Under the pieces are notes generated by a model, which did not search any database, was not told the DNA's origin, and saw only the letters and a program-made list of their open reading frames with translations. Positions 61,289 through 64,000 of a stretch of 64,000 nucleotides of DNA are shown here, piece by piece. How positions within the stretch are numbered: position 1 is the first letter of the stretch; each line of letters starts with the position of its first letter. Source of the DNA: Rhodospirillales bacterium (GTDB lineage Bacteria; Pseudomonadota; Alphaproteobacteria; Acetobacterales; Acetobacteraceae); contig JBBILI010000018.1 in NCBI GenBank assembly GCA_037445025.1, positions 4,705 to 68,704 of the forward strand. The letters run 5' to 3'. A program made the position numbers and the translations under genes.

Positions 61289-61909
61289 TCATCTCACGAC
61301 GGCGCCCGGAGGCGGCACGTTCTGTTCGCCAAGCTTGCCCACATGCGGGCCCGCGGTGGCCATGGCCTTGCGCAGGGCGGCATCATCGGCGGCGCGGAAG
61401 AACGTGTAGCTCAGCGTGATCGTCTTCACATCGGCGGTTTCAGGGTCGCGGCTGATCGCCGGATCGACCCAGAAGCTCAGCGGGAACTCCATCGCCTGGC
61501 CGGGGTTGAGGGTCTGCTCGTTGAAGCAGAAGCAGGCGGTCTTGTGGAAATACTTGCCGACCACGTCGGGGGTGACGTTGTAGAGCGCCACCCCGGTCAC
61601 GGGTTCGGCGCTGTTGTTGGTGGCGTGGTAGAACGCCATCTGATCCTGGCCCAGCGGCAGGGTGACGCGCGCCTGATCAGGCGCGAACTGCCAGGGCAGG
61701 CCGGGATTGGTGTTGGCGTTGAACCGCACCGTGATCATGGTCTTGACCGCGCCCGGCGCGTCCGCGCCGCCGATCTGCGGCGTGCCGCCATAGCCGGTGA
61801 CGGCGCAGAACGCGCGGTAGAGCGGCACCGACGCGAAGGCCAGGCCGGTCATGCCCAGGATCACCGTGGTGAGAACAACGGCCAGCCTGGTGTTGCTGTT
61901 CGGGTTCAA
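61289..61909 (-). CDS. ctaG: Cytochrome c oxidase assembly protein CtaG/Cox11
   Basis: 'VPLYRAFCAVTGYGGT...CFCF' copper-binding motif. TTG 61909 overlaps the stop of the small upstream ORF (TTGA). Confidence 0.93.
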   Translation of the reverse strand: MNPNSNTRLAVVLTTVILGMTGLAFASVPLYRAFCAVTGYGGTPQIGGADAPGAVKTMITVRFNANTNPGLPWQFAPDQARVTLPLGQDQMAFYHATNNSAEPVTGVALYNVTPDVVGKYFHKTACFCFNEQTLNPGQAMEFPLSFWVDPAISRDPETADVKTITLSYTFFRAADDAALRKAMATAGPHVGKLGEQNVPPPGAVVR

Positions 61910-62064
61910 TGGCTGCCTCCCAGGGTGCCGCCGAGCTTGACGAAGGCGATGGCGTAGAACAGCGCCGCCACCAGCAGCAGCGCCACCAGCATGGCGAGGT
62001 TGCGGCCCCGCCGGCGTTTGCCCAGGGCCTCCGATTCCGCGCGTGTCAGCCGGGGCGGCATCAT
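61906..62064 (-). CDS. Small (52 aa) single-TM protein between ctaB and ctaG; below the ORF-track length cutoff
   Basis: My translation is MMPPRLTRAESEALGKRRRGRNLAMLVALLLLVAALFYAIAFVKLGGTLGGSH. ATG 62064 overlaps the ctaB stop (ATGA) and its own stop overlaps the ctaG TTG. Confidence 0.65.
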   Translation of the reverse strand: MMPPRLTRAESEALGKRRRGRNLAMLVALLLVAALFYAIAFVKLGGTLGGSH

Positions 62065-63029
62065 CGGATCAGCCCATCGACGGCCACGGCGCCGAACAGC
62101 GCGAACAGATAGATGATGGAGTAGCGGAAGGTACGCCGGGCCGGGGCGTCGTTGGTCAGGCTCACGCCGGTGGCGTCCTGCCGGTCACGGGCGAGCTTCC
62201 AGACGCTGACGAGAAAACCCAGACCCAGCACGGCGGCCGCCGCGCCATAGACGATGCCGGCATAGCCCAGCGCCCAGGGCAGCAGCGAGAACGGCACCAG
62301 GGCGAACGTATAGATCACCACCTGGCGGCGGGTCTCCTTGGCGCCGGACACCACGGGCAGCATCGGCACCCCGGCCCGCTCATAGTCGGTATGGGCATAC
62401 AGCGAGAGCGCCCAGAAATGCGGCGGCGTCCAGAGGAAGATGATGCCGAACAGCAGCCAGGGCATCACCCCGAGCCCGCCGGTGACCGCGGCCCAGCCGA
62501 TCAGCGGCGGGAACGCGCCGGCGGCACCGCCAATGACGATGTTCTGCGGCGTGCGGCGTTTCAGCCACATCGTGTAGATCACGACGTAATACAGGATTGA
62601 GCCGGCGAGCAGGGAGGCTGCGAACCAGTTGGTGGCCAAGCCCATCACCATCACCGAGGCGGCCGAGAGCACGATGCCGTAGGTCAGCGCCTCGTCGGCA
62701 TGGATCCGTCCGGCCGGCACCGGTCGCTTGCGGGTGCGGCGCATGATCGCGTCGATGTCCCGGTCGTACCACATGTTGAGCGCGCCCGCAGCGCCCGCCC
62801 CGATGGTGATGCACAGAATGGCGGCCACCGCGAGCACCGGGTGCAGATGGCCCGGCGCCACCAGCAGGCCGGCCAGCCCGGTATAGACCACCAGGGTCTG
62901 CACCCTCGGCTTGAGCATCATCAGCCAGTCGCGGGCCGAGCTTTCCTCAATGTCAGGCGCCGAAAGAGAGGAAAGGGAGGACGCGATGCCCCCCCCCTCC
63001 GATCCAGCCGCGACAACCGCGGTATTCAT
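62061..63029 (-). CDS. ctaB: Protoheme IX farnesyltransferase (heme O synthase)
   Basis: 'MLKPRVQTLVVYT...NMWYDRDIDAIMRRTRKRPVPAGR...' UbiA-family motifs. Start at ATG 63029; in-frame alternatives are GTG 63032 and TTG 63041. Confidence 0.93.
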   Translation of the reverse strand: MNTAVVAAGSEGGGIASSLSSLSAPDIEESSARDWLMMLKPRVQTLVVYTGLAGLLVAPGHLHPVLAVAAILCITIGAGAAGALNMWYDRDIDAIMRRTRKRPVPAGRIHADEALTYGIVLSAASVMVMGLATNWFAASLLAGSILYYVVIYTMWLKRRTPQNIVIGGAAGAFPPLIGWAAVTGGLGVMPWLLFGIIFLWTPPHFWALSLYAHTDYERAGVPMLPVVSGAKETRRQVVIYTFALVPFSLLPWALGYAGIVYGAAAAVLGLGFLVSVWKLARDRQDATGVSLTNDAPARRTFRYSIIYLFALFGAVAVDGLIR

Positions 63030-63041
63030 CACAAGGTCCAA

Positions 63042-64000
<959 letters not shown>

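Overview
GC-rich alphaproteobacterial chromosomal segment. The taxon was judged only from gene content and synteny: ctaD-ctaB-ctaG-ctaE-DUF983-surf1, thrC-M16 peptidase-pmbA, an atpI-B-E-b'-b F0 operon, helicase-S4-fdxA-carD, rplY-pth-ychF, a SAM-II-like leader on metZ, mbfA, and a Tim44-like gene. No finer placement is possible from here. I call about 75 CDS and one tRNA-Gly(CCC). Almost all genes are housekeeping: dTDP-rhamnose rfbBACD, paaGIK, htpG, secA, argJ, purC, folE, metZ, thrC, the F0 ATP synthase and the aa3 oxidase assembly cluster. I see no rRNA, CRISPR, transposase, integrase, phage genes or multi-gene defence island. The only accessory modules are two type II TA pairs (BrnT with an XRE-type partner; ParDE), an orphan gene with atypical codon usage (47016-47588), and a methyltransferase-like plus GT61 glycosyltransferase pair translationally coupled to ychF. 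The most unusual signal is non-coding. A family of AT-rich TGAA-loop hairpin repeats occupies nine intergenic gaps. Three of these are 113-nt composite MITE-like elements with an identical 67-nt spacing between their hairpins. At least three other structured intergenic repeat types are also present. Secondary observations are a run of 4-nt stop/start overlaps using TTG (and apparently CTG) starts, an untracked 52-aa ORF in the cta cluster, and a degenerate GGDEF domain that keeps its I-site. Gene starts were refined by eye from RBS and overlap context and remain provisional. No database search was possible.
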